DNA from: Leptonemataceae bacterium
GTDB lineage: Bacteria > Spirochaetota > Leptospiria > Leptospirales > Leptonemataceae
DNA: 64,000 nucleotides
Assembly (NCBI GenBank): GCA_965227295.1
Contig: OZ245742.1
Coordinates: forward strand, 2,528,001-2,592,000
Direction: 5' to 3'
Shown here: positions 29,368-39,394 of the stretch, one piece after another
Numbering within the stretch: the first letter of the stretch is position 1
Layout of the letters: each line of letters starts with the position of its first letter
The notes under the pieces: model-generated
What the model was told of the DNA's origin: nothing
The model's input: the letters and a program-made list of their open reading frames with translations, nothing else
Databases searched by the model: none
Made by a program: the position numbers and the translations under genes

Positions 29368-32268
29368 TTACTTCAAGGCCGCCTTAAGATTCTCCACCGC
29401 CAGGTTCAGCGCCTCGTCCATTTTCGACGCGTCTTTGCCGCCGGCCTGGGCCATGTCCGGGCGACCGCCGCCGCCGCCGCCCAGTAACTTTGCCGCATCG
29501 CGGATTAAGCTCGAAGCGTTCGCGCCGGCGTCCACGGCTTTCTGATCGGCCATGAACAACAGCGTGGGCCCCTTGTCGGCGACGACGTTGCCCAACAGGA
29601 CGACGATGCCGCGGCTCTTTTCTTTGAGCTTATCGCCGAACTTCCGGAGCATGTCCGGGTTCTGGTCCTGCACGGCCAGTTTGACGATTTTCACGCCGCC
29701 GCTTTCTTCGGCGCCGGCCAGGGTCTCGTCCGCGGTTTCCATTAACTCGCCGACCTTTGCACTCTGCACGCCGCGCTCGAACTTTAACAGTTTCTTTTCG
29801 TTCTGCGCAAGCAGTTTCGTTGCCCGGGCGATGTCTTCGGCCAGCTTCGGTCCGTCCAGGGGCTCCTGCACGGCGGCCCCGGCGGAGATGGGCAGGTCGG
29901 TTTTTACGTGGAGGGCGCGCGCTTCATCACCGTGTTCGTCGATCAGGGCCTGGACCTTATCGTTGTGCGCGGCGATCTTAGCGTGCAGTTCGTCCAGGTC
30001 GTCCTGGAATCTGCGCAGGGCGTCGTCGCCGGTAACGGCCTCGATGCGCCGGTTGCCCGCGCCGGGGCTGGTCTCCCGCGTAATGTGAAAGACGCCGACG
30101 TCGCCGGTGTTGTCGACGTGGCAACCGCCGCAGAACTCAATCGAAAGATCGCCGCTTTTGCCCATGCTGACGACGCGCACTTCCTGGCCGTACTTTTCGC
30201 CGAAGGTCGCCACGGCGCCTTTCTGCTTCGCCTCTTCGATGGGCAGGACCTCCCATGCGACGTCGGCGCGGGCCTGAACGGCGGAGTTGACCTCGGTCTC
30301 GATTTTCGAGAGCAGGGCCTCGTCGATTTTTTCCGGATGCGAAAAGTCAAAACGCAGATAGTCCGGCGCGACCAGGGAGCCGGTCTGGATGATGTGATCG
30401 CCCAGTTTCTCCCGCAGCACGCGGTTTAACAGGTGCGTGGCGCTGTGATGCCGGGTGAGACCGCGGCGGCGTTCCACATCCACGAAGGCGTTCAGTTCGT
30501 CGCCGGTTTTCAGGATGCCGTTCTTCATGGCGCCCAGGTGTAAGTGATAGCCGCCGTTCTTTTGCGTGTCGTGCACTTCGAAGAGACCGCCGCCGTCGGA
30601 CGCGAGTTTACCGGAGTCCCCCAACTGTCCGCCGCCCTCGGCGTAAAAAGGCGTACGATCGAGGATCACTAATCCGCGTTGACTTTCACTTAATTCGGAC
30701 ACCACGTCGTAGGCGCCGTCGTTTTCCGCGACCAGGGCCAGGACCTTCGCGGCCGCGCCGCCGTCGTTCACGGCGTAGCCCGCAAACTCGGTCTCCGGAA
30801 TCGCCGGCAGGTCCGGCGGCAGCGTAATGCTGCCCCATTGATCGCCGCGGGAGGCGTTCTGTTGTTCCTGCATCTTGCGATCGAAGGCCGCCATGTCCAC
30901 GGAGAGGCCTTCTTTCTCGGCGAGTTCGATGGTCATCTCTTTCGGAAAACCGAACGTGTCGTAGAGCATGAAGGCGTCTTCGCCGCGGAAGACCTTCGCC
31001 TTGCGCTGCTTGTGTTCGGCCAAAAACTCGTTCCAGCGACCCAGGCCCTGTTCCAGCGTATGCAGAAAACGCTCTTCCTCGGAGCGGATGCGTTTTTCAA
31101 TGTCCTCCTGCTTTTTGCGCAGCTCCGGATAGAACTCGCCGTACAGCTTCGCCACCAGAGGAACCAGACGATGCAGGATCGTGGTGTACACGCCCAGTTC
31201 GCGGGAGAAGAGCAGGGCGCGCCGCAGCACCCGGCGGATCACGTAGCCGCGGCCGGTGTTGCCCGGAAAGATGCCGTCGGCGATGGCGAAACACACGCAG
31301 CGCACGTGATCGGCGAGTACACGATAGGGCGCGGCCGTAGCTTTTGAATAGGGAACCTTAGTGCGATCGTCGCGCAACTCAGCGCTCAGCTCTTCGATCT
31401 TGCCGATGATTTGCCGCAGCTCGTCGGTATCGAAGACGGAGTCCGAGTGGTTCAGGAGCGCGACGATGCGTTCCAGGCCGGCGCCGGTATCGATGCCCTG
31501 CTTCGGTAATTTGTGCAGCTTGCCCTGGGCGTCCTGGTGAAACTCGTTGAACACCAGGTTCCAGTACTCCATGTAACGATCGCCTTCGCCGCCGGGGCCG
31601 TCGTCCGGCCCGTACTCCGGACCGCGGTCCAGGTACAGCTCCGAGCACGGACCGCAGGCGCCGGTGTCCCCGGCCGGTCCCCACCAGTTGTCCTCTTTGC
31701 CCAGGCGGCGGATGCGGCTTAACGGCACGCCGATCTCTTCGTTCCAGATGCGTTCGGCTTCGTCGTCGTCCTGGTAGACGGTGATGTAGATCTTTTCCGG
31801 ATCCAGCTTCAAACGTTCCAGGGAAAACTCCCAGGCGAAACGAATCGCCTCGCGCTTGAAGTAATCGCCGAACGAAAAGTTGCCGAGCATTTCGAAGAAC
31901 GTTAAGTGGCGATCGGTCTTGCCCACGGATTCCAGGTCCGTGGTCCGCAGACATTTCTGGATCGTCGCCGTCCGCGGATGCGGTGGTTCTTCGGTGCCGG
32001 CGAAGTAGGCCTTGAACTGGACCATGCCCGCCGTGGTAAAGAGCAGCGTCGGATCACCGGCGGGAATGAGGCCGGCGGACGCCGTCTGGGTGTGATCCTG
32101 TTTCCGGAAGTAGTCGATCCACTCCCGGCGCAGACGGGCCACGGACCAGGACTCTGCCGGACTTGCCTTCGATTTCGGTGCGGTCTTCGTAACGTTTTTC
32201 ACGGATGCTTTCTTTGCCTTTGGGGATGATTTCACGGACTTTTTCTTCGTGCTCTTCTTCTTACTCAT
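29368..32268 (-). CDS. alaS: Alanine--tRNA ligase
   Basis: DPTLLFTTAGMVQFK, FFEMLGNFSFGDYFK, IDTGAGLER, HSATH, EFCGGCH, GGGGGRPDMAQAGG. Start placed at MSKKK (32268). Confidence 0.97.
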   Translation of the reverse strand: MSKKKSTKKKSVKSSPKAKKASVKNVTKTAPKSKASPAESWSVARLRREWIDYFRKQDHTQTASAGLIPAGDPTLLFTTAGMVQFKAYFAGTEEPPHPRTATIQKCLRTTDLESVGKTDRHLTFFEMLGNFSFGDYFKREAIRFAWEFSLERLKLDPEKIYITVYQDDDEAERIWNEEIGVPLSRIRRLGKEDNWWGPAGDTGACGPCSELYLDRGPEYGPDDGPGGEGDRYMEYWNLVFNEFHQDAQGKLHKLPKQGIDTGAGLERIVALLNHSDSVFDTDELRQIIGKIEELSAELRDDRTKVPYSKATAAPYRVLADHVRCVCFAIADGIFPGNTGRGYVIRRVLRRALLFSRELGVYTTILHRLVPLVAKLYGEFYPELRKKQEDIEKRIRSEEERFLHTLEQGLGRWNEFLAEHKQRKAKVFRGEDAFMLYDTFGFPKEMTIELAEKEGLSVDMAAFDRKMQEQQNASRGDQWGSITLPPDLPAIPETEFAGYAVNDGGAAAKVLALVAENDGAYDVVSELSESQRGLVILDRTPFYAEGGGQLGDSGKLASDGGGLFEVHDTQKNGGYHLHLGAMKNGILKTGDELNAFVDVERRRGLTRHHSATHLLNRVLREKLGDHIIQTGSLVAPDYLRFDFSHPEKIDEALLSKIETEVNSAVQARADVAWEVLPIEEAKQKGAVATFGEKYGQEVRVVSMGKSGDLSIEFCGGCHVDNTGDVGVFHITRETSPGAGNRRIEAVTGDDALRRFQDDLDELHAKIAAHNDKVQALIDEHGDEARALHVKTDLPISAGAAVQEPLDGPKLAEDIARATKLLAQNEKKLLKFERGVQSAKVGELMETADETLAGAEESGGVKIVKLAVQDQNPDMLRKFGDKLKEKSRGIVVLLGNVVADKGPTLLFMADQKAVDAGANASSLIRDAAKLLGGGGGGRPDMAQAGGKDASKMDEALNLAVENLKAALK

Positions 32269-32367
32269 GATCGTGGGTCTGCGCGCGAGCCGCGCCGTAG
32301 TATCTTTAATATAGAAACGTTTCTTCCAGTCAAAAAGCGCTGTATCCCCCGTCAATTCCGATGCCCC

Positions 32368-32799
32368 TTGCTTTGCTTTACACGATCGGCCCGCGGCAAA
32401 CACTGGCGCGTGCCGATTCTACGGAAAGTCGCTCTGGGCCTCTTCCTGCTGTGCGCCGGTGTGGGCTGTGCCGAGACGGGAGAGCAGGAGATGGACTTTC
32501 TCTGGGGGAAGGACGTTCTGAATCGGAGCCAGGCCAAAGAGCGGCTCCGCACCGGTGTTCGCATCAACGTCAACGTCTGCCCGCAGCACACCATCGCCGG
32601 CTGGTACGCCATCGCCTACAGCATCCCCGCGTTTTTGAACGAGGCACACTACGACGCGGCGGAAATCGACGCCTGCATGTTTCTGTTGGCCGCCGTCCCG
32701 TGCGGCTTCGACGTCGAGAACAGCCAGCCCTTCCGGCTGAACCTCTACAACGCCTTTCTTGAGGTATGCAGTCCGTCCAGCGTTGGCCCGTCTTTCTGA
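32368..32799 (+). CDS. Small lipoprotein-like hypothetical protein
   Basis: Hydrophobic segment ending GVGC, several Cys. Start uncertain. Confidence 0.55.
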   Translation: MLCFTRSARGKHWRVPILRKVALGLFLLCAGVGCAETGEQEMDFLWGKDVLNRSQAKERLRTGVRINVNVCPQHTIAGWYAIAYSIPAFLNEAHYDAAEIDACMFLLAAVPCGFDVENSQPFRLNLYNAFLEVCSPSSVGPSF

Positions 32800-33052
32800 A
32801 CGAGCAGTGACATAATCCCCGGGAGGAAGATTGTCCCGGCCTGTTGCCGAAAAAGTTCGTGCATTTCTAAAAAATTTCTGGAATGATCTGTCACGGAACC
32901 GTCGTACCGAAGAGGCGGTTCATCGGCGTATCCGGCGAAAAACTTCAGAAAAAACCGCCGCCGACAGAAAAGTTTGTCGGTTCATCCGCCGAAACTCTAC
33001 ATCAGGAAAGGACTGTGTTCCTTCCGGAGTTAACGAGGACACCGAGGACAAC

Positions 33053-33820
33053 ATGAAGAACTTCAGCGTTCTGACAGCGATTTGTGCGGCCATCGCCGCG
33101 GGAGGGCTCGTGCTGGTTCCGCCGGTCCAGGGCCAGCAGAATCCCCCGGAGCAGGGCTTCGAGGCCCCGCCGGTAAGCCGCAATGTCGTGAAGAAAAAGG
33201 CCACCGATCCCATGCGCCGTTGTCCGAACCGGGACCAGCAGCCGGATGTCCCGGAGGGCGAGCTGATCTTCTACTCCACGTCCTGGGGCAACAACCCGCA
33301 GGAAGGCCAGTACCGCCAGGAAATGGAACGTTTGCTGCGCCTCGAAATCAACAACGTGAAGTCGGCCCTGGAAGATGTGGCCGCCAAACATAAAGAACTC
33401 ATCCGCCTCTATCCGGAATTCGAAGACTACCAGGAGATCGTCCTTGAGGACGTTCCCGGTACCTGGCGCGACGGCATTTACGTAAACTCCAAGAAGATGA
33501 TCATCTTCCATTATGACGACAACAAGGAACTCGACTGCGTGGTCCTCGATTCCGTCACCCGGTCTATTTACGGGCCCAACCAGTGGACCCGCAAGCTCAT
33601 CCGCCTCTACTATCCGAACATCCAGACCATGGAACTCCAGACCCTCCGGCACAATTACAGCCTGGAGGAAACCCTGGAGAAAACCAGCCCCGAGATTCAG
33701 CTCCGCGCCCTGCGATTGATTTTCCTGAACCTGCGCACGGCCCTGTACTCCATGGACATGATGATCGCCGCGTTCTACGATCTGCGGAACAAAAAGAACG
33801 ACTGGCAGATCAACCTGTAA
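33053..33820 (+). CDS. Secreted hypothetical protein
   Basis: GAGG upstream of ATG 33053, signal peptide MKNFSVLTAICAA..., strongly GC3-biased codons. Confidence 0.75.
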   Translation: MKNFSVLTAICAAIAAGGLVLVPPVQGQQNPPEQGFEAPPVSRNVVKKKATDPMRRCPNRDQQPDVPEGELIFYSTSWGNNPQEGQYRQEMERLLRLEINNVKSALEDVAAKHKELIRLYPEFEDYQEIVLEDVPGTWRDGIYVNSKKMIIFHYDDNKELDCVVLDSVTRSIYGPNQWTRKLIRLYYPNIQTMELQTLRHNYSLEETLEKTSPEIQLRALRLIFLNLRTALYSMDMMIAAFYDLRNKKNDWQINL

Positions 33821-33835
33821 CTCCGGCAAATCCCG

Positions 33836-33954
33836 GGGCGCGGCATGATCGGGGGTGGCGACGCCCCCGTCGCGCGCGCATCCATGCGCGAGCGCCGGGG
33901 GAGCTTCGCCCTCCGTGGCTCCGCAACTACGCCACCCCCGACCACGCCGCGCCC
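33836..33954. repeat. GC-rich REP-like palindromic element
   Basis: 25-bp inverted arms 33836-33860 / 33930-33954 (2 mismatches) with an internal CGCGCATCCATGCGCG hairpin. Confidence 0.7.
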
Positions 33955-34096
33955 ACGGACCTGCCTACACTGTGCGGTTTCGATGTCATGGCACCCCCAA
34001 CCCCTGCCCATGCGCGTTCCGGTATTGAGATTGCCCTGGCTGGAGCACGGGAAAAGGCTTGCTCGGCCACATCGCCCGGGAAATTTGACCGTTACC

Positions 34097-34303
34097 ATGG
34101 CAGAAGAAGAAAAAACTGAAGCCCCGGCCGCCGCCGCGGAGGCGCCGGCGGAAGCAGGGGATACCAAGAACAAAAAGGTCAACAAAATGGACCTCGGCGA
34201 AGTCAGCGCCGCCATTAAGAAGACCGAAGAGAAAATGGGCGGCCTCACCAGCAAGTATGCGCTGGCCCTCCTGGCCCGCAAGAGCGAGCTGGAAGCCTCC
34301 TGA
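34097..34303 (+). CDS. Small hypothetical protein (68 aa)
   Basis: MAEEEKTEAPAAAA...KKVNKMDLGEV...MGGLTSKYA, typical codon usage. Confidence 0.65.
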   Translation: MAEEEKTEAPAAAAEAPAEAGDTKNKKVNKMDLGEVSAAIKKTEEKMGGLTSKYALALLARKSELEAS

Positions 34304-34407
34304 TCCATCCCGCGCGGCGGTCCCGGCGCGCGGAAAATCGCTCTTTCTTTCCACAAACACTTGTTTTTCGCGGCGGAATCGTCGAAAATAGAGGACGAGG
34401 ACACGCG

Positions 34408-34806
34408 ATGAGCACGAAGACCGTATATCTACTCACCATCCTGCTGATGCTGGGCCTGGCCACGGGCCTGCCCGCGCAAAACGAGGGCGGCGGCGATCAG
34501 CAGCAGCCCGGCATTTGTTTCCGGCCCATCGATTACCAGTACGACGTCTGCATCGACTTCAAGAAGAAGTGGTACTACCCATACCGTCTCTCCGAGTGGA
34601 TGGTCATCTACGTGCGGGACGCCTACTCCCCGGCCGCGTCACACATCTGGAATTCCGGCCAGTATCTCATGGATTTCGAGGAGTGGGAGAAACTGAAGTC
34701 GGCCCTCGCCGGCCAGGGCCTGCCGGCCGTGTGCGTGCATCCGGACTACCGGCTCAAGCCCGAAGAACGCCCGCTGACGCGCCGCGAATACTGTAAGTTG
34801 CAGTAA
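34408..34806 (+). CDS. Secreted hypothetical protein
   Basis: GAGG SD, signal peptide, four Cys. Confidence 0.7.
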   Translation: MSTKTVYLLTILLMLGLATGLPAQNEGGGDQQQPGICFRPIDYQYDVCIDFKKKWYYPYRLSEWMVIYVRDAYSPAASHIWNSGQYLMDFEEWEKLKSALAGQGLPAVCVHPDYRLKPEERPLTRREYCKLQ

Positions 34807-34853
34807 TTCAACGCCCCTGGAACCACAGGGTGAAGTAAATTCAATCAGCTTGA

Positions 34854-35005
34854 TTTGGGCGCCCCCGCCGCGTTGCGGCGGTCGGGCTGCCCGGTGGGGA
34901 ACCAACTGGCGCAGCCCCGACAAGCGGGGCTTTGCCGGCGTCCGCTGTCGCTTCGGTCCTTCGGACTCGCGCTACGCGCGACCCTGCACATCCCTGGCGC
35001 GAAGA
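34854..35005 (+). repeat. Structured intergenic repeat, family C copy 2
   Basis: Shares terminal and internal blocks with 9958-10082. Confidence 0.75.
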
Positions 35006-35015
35006 CACTTAATCT

Positions 35016-35627
35016 CTAACTTTTCCTTCTTCCCTCTGTGTTCTCTGTGGCAAAAGTTCCGAGAGCGAGCGCCTCGTCCAGCGACAGGACGCCGCCGTCG
35101 CTGTAATCGCCGATGGCATAGATCTTCGCCGGGCCCGGACCCATCGTCACGTGCACCCAGGCCGGCCGGCCCGCGCTGCCGTGTTCGTGGATGATTTCCC
35201 GCAACCGCAGCGACTCCGCGTGCAGAAGCGTAGCTACAAATAAGTAAAAGTTAGCGTTGGTATCTTTGCAGTCGCCGCCGTGTTTGCGGACGGCGGCTTC
35301 GATCGTCCGGCGAACGCGTTCCGTCGCCTGGTCCTCAAAGAACACGTCGTCGAGGACCAGGTCCACCGCCAGGCCGTGGATGTGCGGCGAGTCCGGCCGG
35401 CCGCCGACACGTTCGTTGAGCCGCGGAGAACGATAGCCGCTCGTGATGCGGGGCCGGTAGCCGAGGATGTCGCACAGGGGTTCCAGGCTCTCGCGGCGCA
35501 GCGTTTCCAGCGCGGCCAGAACATCTGCGGAGGGCCGGCGTTGGAGTTCGCTGAGCTGATCGTCCGCGCCGGCAATGTCCGAGCGCAGCAGGTCGTCGAT
35601 CGAATAGTGGGACGAAGTGGATTGCAT
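35016..35627 (-). CDS. Peptidase M15A family (D-Ala-D-Ala carboxypeptidase-like)
   Basis: ITSGYRSPRLNERVGG..SPHIHGLAVDL and WVHV. Confidence 0.88.
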   Translation of the reverse strand: MQSTSSHYSIDDLLRSDIAGADDQLSELQRRPSADVLAALETLRRESLEPLCDILGYRPRITSGYRSPRLNERVGGRPDSPHIHGLAVDLVLDDVFFEDQATERVRRTIEAAVRKHGGDCKDTNANFYLFVATLLHAESLRLREIIHEHGSAGRPAWVHVTMGPGPAKIYAIGDYSDGGVLSLDEALALGTFATENTEGRRKS

Positions 35628-35633
35628 GCGTGT

Positions 35634-36917
35634 TCAGTAGCGCTGCTCGCCCAGGCCGATGGTGTTGCGGATTTCTCCGGCGATGTACGCGAGGTCGTGG
35701 ACCGACGGCCCCTGGCCCGCGGCTATGAGATTCGACGCGTCCCAGAGTGACAGGCGTTTCAGTTTTTCCTCTTTGACGCCGCCGCTGCGTACGCCGCGCT
35801 GGAAGGGGCCCACGTTGTACATGAAACTGTTCGCAAAGTTCACGTCCCGGAAGTCCGGGGCCAGGCCCAGGGCGAGCCAGTAGTGACCCTCGTCGGAGCG
35901 ATTGATCTGCACGCCGCGCACCTGGTCGGCGGGGATTTCGATCTCCGTGCTGAAACGTTTCAGAAAGCGAAACTCAAGCCGGGCAATCAGCATGTCCGAA
36001 CGTAAGATGAGCCGGTAGGTTCGCAGCTGCATCAGAATCACCAGCCCGACGATGCCGTAGAAGATGAGGCAGAATGGAATCGCGAATACCAGGAAGATGA
36101 TGTCGCCCGGGCCGTCCCCCATTCCCGTGAAGGCCTGACCGAAGATGAGCACCGGCGCACCGAGGAACAGAGCCAGGGCCAGGAACATGATGAGGCGCGC
36201 CCCGGGGCTGGTGCGATTGGGGCGCAACGTCAGTACGCGCCCGTCGCTTTCGTAGGTTTCGTGATAGAAGTGCGGGTTCGGCGCCTGGAGCGGCACGTCC
36301 CGCGGTTCGTAACTTGCGCTCGCCTCACGTTTGTACCCGACCTCCGAATGTGAATCCACGGCGAAGCCGGTGTAGGCGGCGATGCCGTCGGCGACGTTCA
36401 CGGTGTGCTCTTTGGACCGCGAGCCCTCGATGATCAGCTCGCTGCCGTTTTTCAAGACGAGCAGGGCGCCGTAGACGTAGTGCCCCGTGCCGGACGTGCT
36501 GCCGCCGGTGGTGTTGGACGATTTGTACTCGCGGGTGATGTGCAGGCGCTCCACGTCTCCGAACGGTATGACGTACGGAACCATGTTCGCGCCGCCGTAA
36601 CTGAAACGAACCTCTTCGGCGTGTTTGTCGAACATCACGCTTTCGCGGAAGTCGCGTTTCCAGTTGAAGAAGGCGGCGTAGATGCCGATGACACCGATCA
36701 CCGTGGCGCCGATGCCGAAGCCGGTGAAGAAGAGATCGAACTCGTCGACGCTGTCGGGATTGAGGACGGGTTCCAGGGCCGCGAGCAGCACGACCAGGCC
36801 GATGAGCACGAAGATGCTTGCGAAGAGGCCGACGCCGACGAGCAGGCAGCCGATGCCGCCGCTGCGTTTTTTGACTTCATAGCCGTATTGATGGTCGAAA
36901 TGTTGCCAGTCTGCCAT
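35634..36917 (-). CDS. Hypothetical membrane protein
   Basis: Two pairs of TM helices, each followed by a soluble beta-rich segment. Confidence 0.7.
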   Translation of the reverse strand: MADWQHFDHQYGYEVKKRSGGIGCLLVGVGLFASIFVLIGLVVLLAALEPVLNPDSVDEFDLFFTGFGIGATVIGVIGIYAAFFNWKRDFRESVMFDKHAEEVRFSYGGANMVPYVIPFGDVERLHITREYKSSNTTGGSTSGTGHYVYGALLVLKNGSELIIEGSRSKEHTVNVADGIAAYTGFAVDSHSEVGYKREASASYEPRDVPLQAPNPHFYHETYESDGRVLTLRPNRTSPGARLIMFLALALFLGAPVLIFGQAFTGMGDGPGDIIFLVFAIPFCLIFYGIVGLVILMQLRTYRLILRSDMLIARLEFRFLKRFSTEIEIPADQVRGVQINRSDEGHYWLALGLAPDFRDVNFANSFMYNVGPFQRGVRSGGVKEEKLKRLSLWDASNLIAAGQGPSVHDLAYIAGEIRNTIGLGEQRY

Positions 36918-37026
36918 GGGAGGTCAGTCGGACTCTTTTTAGCTTTTTCCGCAACGGGAAAACGGCAGTCATACGCGCCGCCCCAATTCTGCTCGACGAA
37001 TTTTATACAGGGTGCATACCGATGCC

Positions 37027-37749
37027 ATGAAGGGCCGGTGTCTTGCTGTCGGTCGAATCATCTTGCCGGTCTGGCTGATCGCGGGTTGTGCCTACGGGCA
37101 TCCCCTGGTCGGGATCTATCCGGACGAGCCGGACAGGTCGGCGTTCCCCGTGGAATTGCTGGCCGGCCTCGGTCTGGCATCCGCCAACTGGCCGCTCTAT
37201 CGCAGCACGGCCTTCAACGGCCATGCCGGCCTGCAGTTCACCGGTACCGAAAACATCGTCGTCGATACGTCCGCCATCGTCTACAACGGCATGACGGTGA
37301 TTCTGGCGATTTACGCGGACTCGGCCGGCGGCGGGACCGGCGTGGTGGAACACCGCAACGCCGCCGATGTCGGTTCGTGGAGCATCTTACAATGCACGCC
37401 GCCGTGGGGTTGCGGCAGCGGCGGATTGCGCAATGAGATGATCGGCGCGCCTGCGTACGATACGCCGATTTTGAGTGATCAGTTTCGGATTCTAACGTTT
37501 CGCAACGTTCCGAACACCAGCCTGGATTATTACTGCGACGGCGGTTTCTTGAATTCGGACCCCGGCACGTATGCCGTCGCGAACAACGGCAACAATCTGC
37601 GCATCGGTTCGCGCTATACCGATACGGCCTACTTTATCGGCTACATCGCCGAGATTGCCTTCTACAATCGCAATCTGGAGAGCGAACGCCAGGCAGTGGA
37701 GAGTTATCTGAGTACGAAGTACGACATACTTCTCGACGGCGGTTGTTGA
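37027..37749 (+). CDS. Lipoprotein with partial LamG/concanavalin-like domain
   Basis: Lipobox LIAGC. P.Y....FNGHAGLQFTG and LRIGS...FIGYIAEIAFYNRNL...VESYLSTKY. Confidence 0.65.
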   Translation: MKGRCLAVGRIILPVWLIAGCAYGHPLVGIYPDEPDRSAFPVELLAGLGLASANWPLYRSTAFNGHAGLQFTGTENIVVDTSAIVYNGMTVILAIYADSAGGGTGVVEHRNAADVGSWSILQCTPPWGCGSGGLRNEMIGAPAYDTPILSDQFRILTFRNVPNTSLDYYCDGGFLNSDPGTYAVANNGNNLRIGSRYTDTAYFIGYIAEIAFYNRNLESERQAVESYLSTKYDILLDGGC

Positions 37750-37794
37750 GCCGGCACCCCACGGCCGCGGATGGTCCTCTCGCGCTGATCCTGA

Positions 37795-39324
37795 TTATTC
37801 GCGTTTACGCAGACTGCGCAGTAAGCCGAAGCTCGCCGTAAGCAGCAGCAACGCCATGGGCAGGCCCGACGTCAGTGAGGCCGTGCGCAGTGCCTGGAGT
37901 CCGCCGGCCAATAGCAGCGTTGCCGCGGTGGCACCCTCGGCCACGGCCCAGAAGACTCGCTGGGCCCGGGGCGGATGTGGATGCCCGCCCGAGGTGATCA
38001 TGTCGTCCACGAGGGAGCCGGAGTCCGAGGACGTTATGAAAAAGACGATGACCAGCACGGTGGCGAAAACCGTAGTAACTTCTGCAAAAGGCATGTTAGC
38101 GAGTAGATGATGCAACGACAGGGCCGCGTCCTGTTCGACCACGCTCTGCAACTCCGTGCGTCCGTCGGATTCGAAGTACAGCGCCGTCCCGCCGAAGACG
38201 CTCAGCCACAGCAACGTCGCGATGGTGGGGACCATGAGCACGCCCAGAACGAACTCGCGTACCGTGCGGCCTTTCGAGATGCGCGCCACGAACATGCCGA
38301 CGAAGGGGCACCAGGAAATCCACCAGCCCCAGTAGAAGAGCGTCCAGTCCTGCTGCCAGTCCGCGTCCGGGCTCAGCTCCATCCGCAGGCTCATCGCGGG
38401 CAACTGTTGCAGGTACTCGCCGGCGCCGGTAAAAAAGAGCCGCACCAGATAGTCCGTGGGGCCCGCGACGAAGACGAACAGTAAGAGCAGCGCGGCCAAC
38501 GCGATGTTCAGCATGCTCAAGCGGCGAATGCCGGCCTGGATTCCCAGAACCACGGAAACCGTGGCCGCCGCAGTGATGACGGCGATGATCAGAAACTGCG
38601 TAAATGCACTCTGGCTAACGTTCAGTACGGGAATGCTTGCGAGTCCGGCATTGATCTGCATGGCGCCGAAGCCGAGGGACGTCGCCACACCGAAGAGCGT
38701 TCCCGTTACGGCGACGACGTCGGTGGTGCGCCCGAATACGCCGTGAATGCCCGCGCGGCCCAGGAAGGGATACAGCAGAGAGCGCGGGGCCAGGGGCAAA
38801 TCGCAGCGGAAGTGATAGTAGGCCAGCGCCAGGCCGAGCAGGACGTAGACGGCCCAGGGCTGGAGGCCCCAGTGAAAGAAGGTCCAGCGCAGGGCCGTGA
38901 CGTGGCGCCGGGCCTCCGGAAGCGTGCCCGTATCCGCGGCGGCGAAGGGTGGTTCGTAGAAGTGCGTGATCGGTTCGGCCACCGCCCAGAAGACCAGGCC
39001 GGTTCCCATGCCGGCGCTGAAGAGCATGGCGAACCAGGCGAGGATCGAAAACGCCGGGCGCTCGTCGTCCTTCCCCAGGCGCAGCCCTCCGTAGCGGCCC
39101 AGGCCGAAGTAGAGGACGAAACCGAAGACCACGGCCGTCGTCAGCACGTAAAACCATCCCAGGGAACCCAGGATAAATTGCTGCATGTATTCAAAAAATG
39201 CGGCCGTGCTCGCCGTATGCACGGTGCCGGCGTACAGAAACGTGAGGATCACTCCGGCGGAGCCGAGGAAAACCGGCGGGTCCATCGCCGCGCTGAAGCG
39301 TTGCCAGTGCTCTCTGAGTCGCAC
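37795..39324 (-). CDS. BCCT family (betaine/choline/carnitine) transporter
   Basis: AWFAMLFSAGMGTG, FHWGLQPW, WTLFYWGWWISW, ARISKGRT, TSSDSGS. Confidence 0.95.
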   Translation of the reverse strand: MRLREHWQRFSAAMDPPVFLGSAGVILTFLYAGTVHTASTAAFFEYMQQFILGSLGWFYVLTTAVVFGFVLYFGLGRYGGLRLGKDDERPAFSILAWFAMLFSAGMGTGLVFWAVAEPITHFYEPPFAAADTGTLPEARRHVTALRWTFFHWGLQPWAVYVLLGLALAYYHFRCDLPLAPRSLLYPFLGRAGIHGVFGRTTDVVAVTGTLFGVATSLGFGAMQINAGLASIPVLNVSQSAFTQFLIIAVITAAATVSVVLGIQAGIRRLSMLNIALAALLLLFVFVAGPTDYLVRLFFTGAGEYLQQLPAMSLRMELSPDADWQQDWTLFYWGWWISWCPFVGMFVARISKGRTVREFVLGVLMVPTIATLLWLSVFGGTALYFESDGRTELQSVVEQDAALSLHHLLANMPFAEVTTVFATVLVIVFFITSSDSGSLVDDMITSGGHPHPPRAQRVFWAVAEGATAATLLLAGGLQALRTASLTSGLPMALLLLTASFGLLRSLRKRE

Positions 39325-39394
39325 CGATCTAACGTACTAACATTTCGTCTTTGCGCCGAACCCCTGGACGGAAAACCGGCGGGGTTCAGTCGCG

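Noticed and set aside
33053..33820. Flagellar sheath protein FcpA/FcpB assignment
   Set aside because: Size and signal peptide are similar, but I could not match specific motifs, so it is left as hypothetical.
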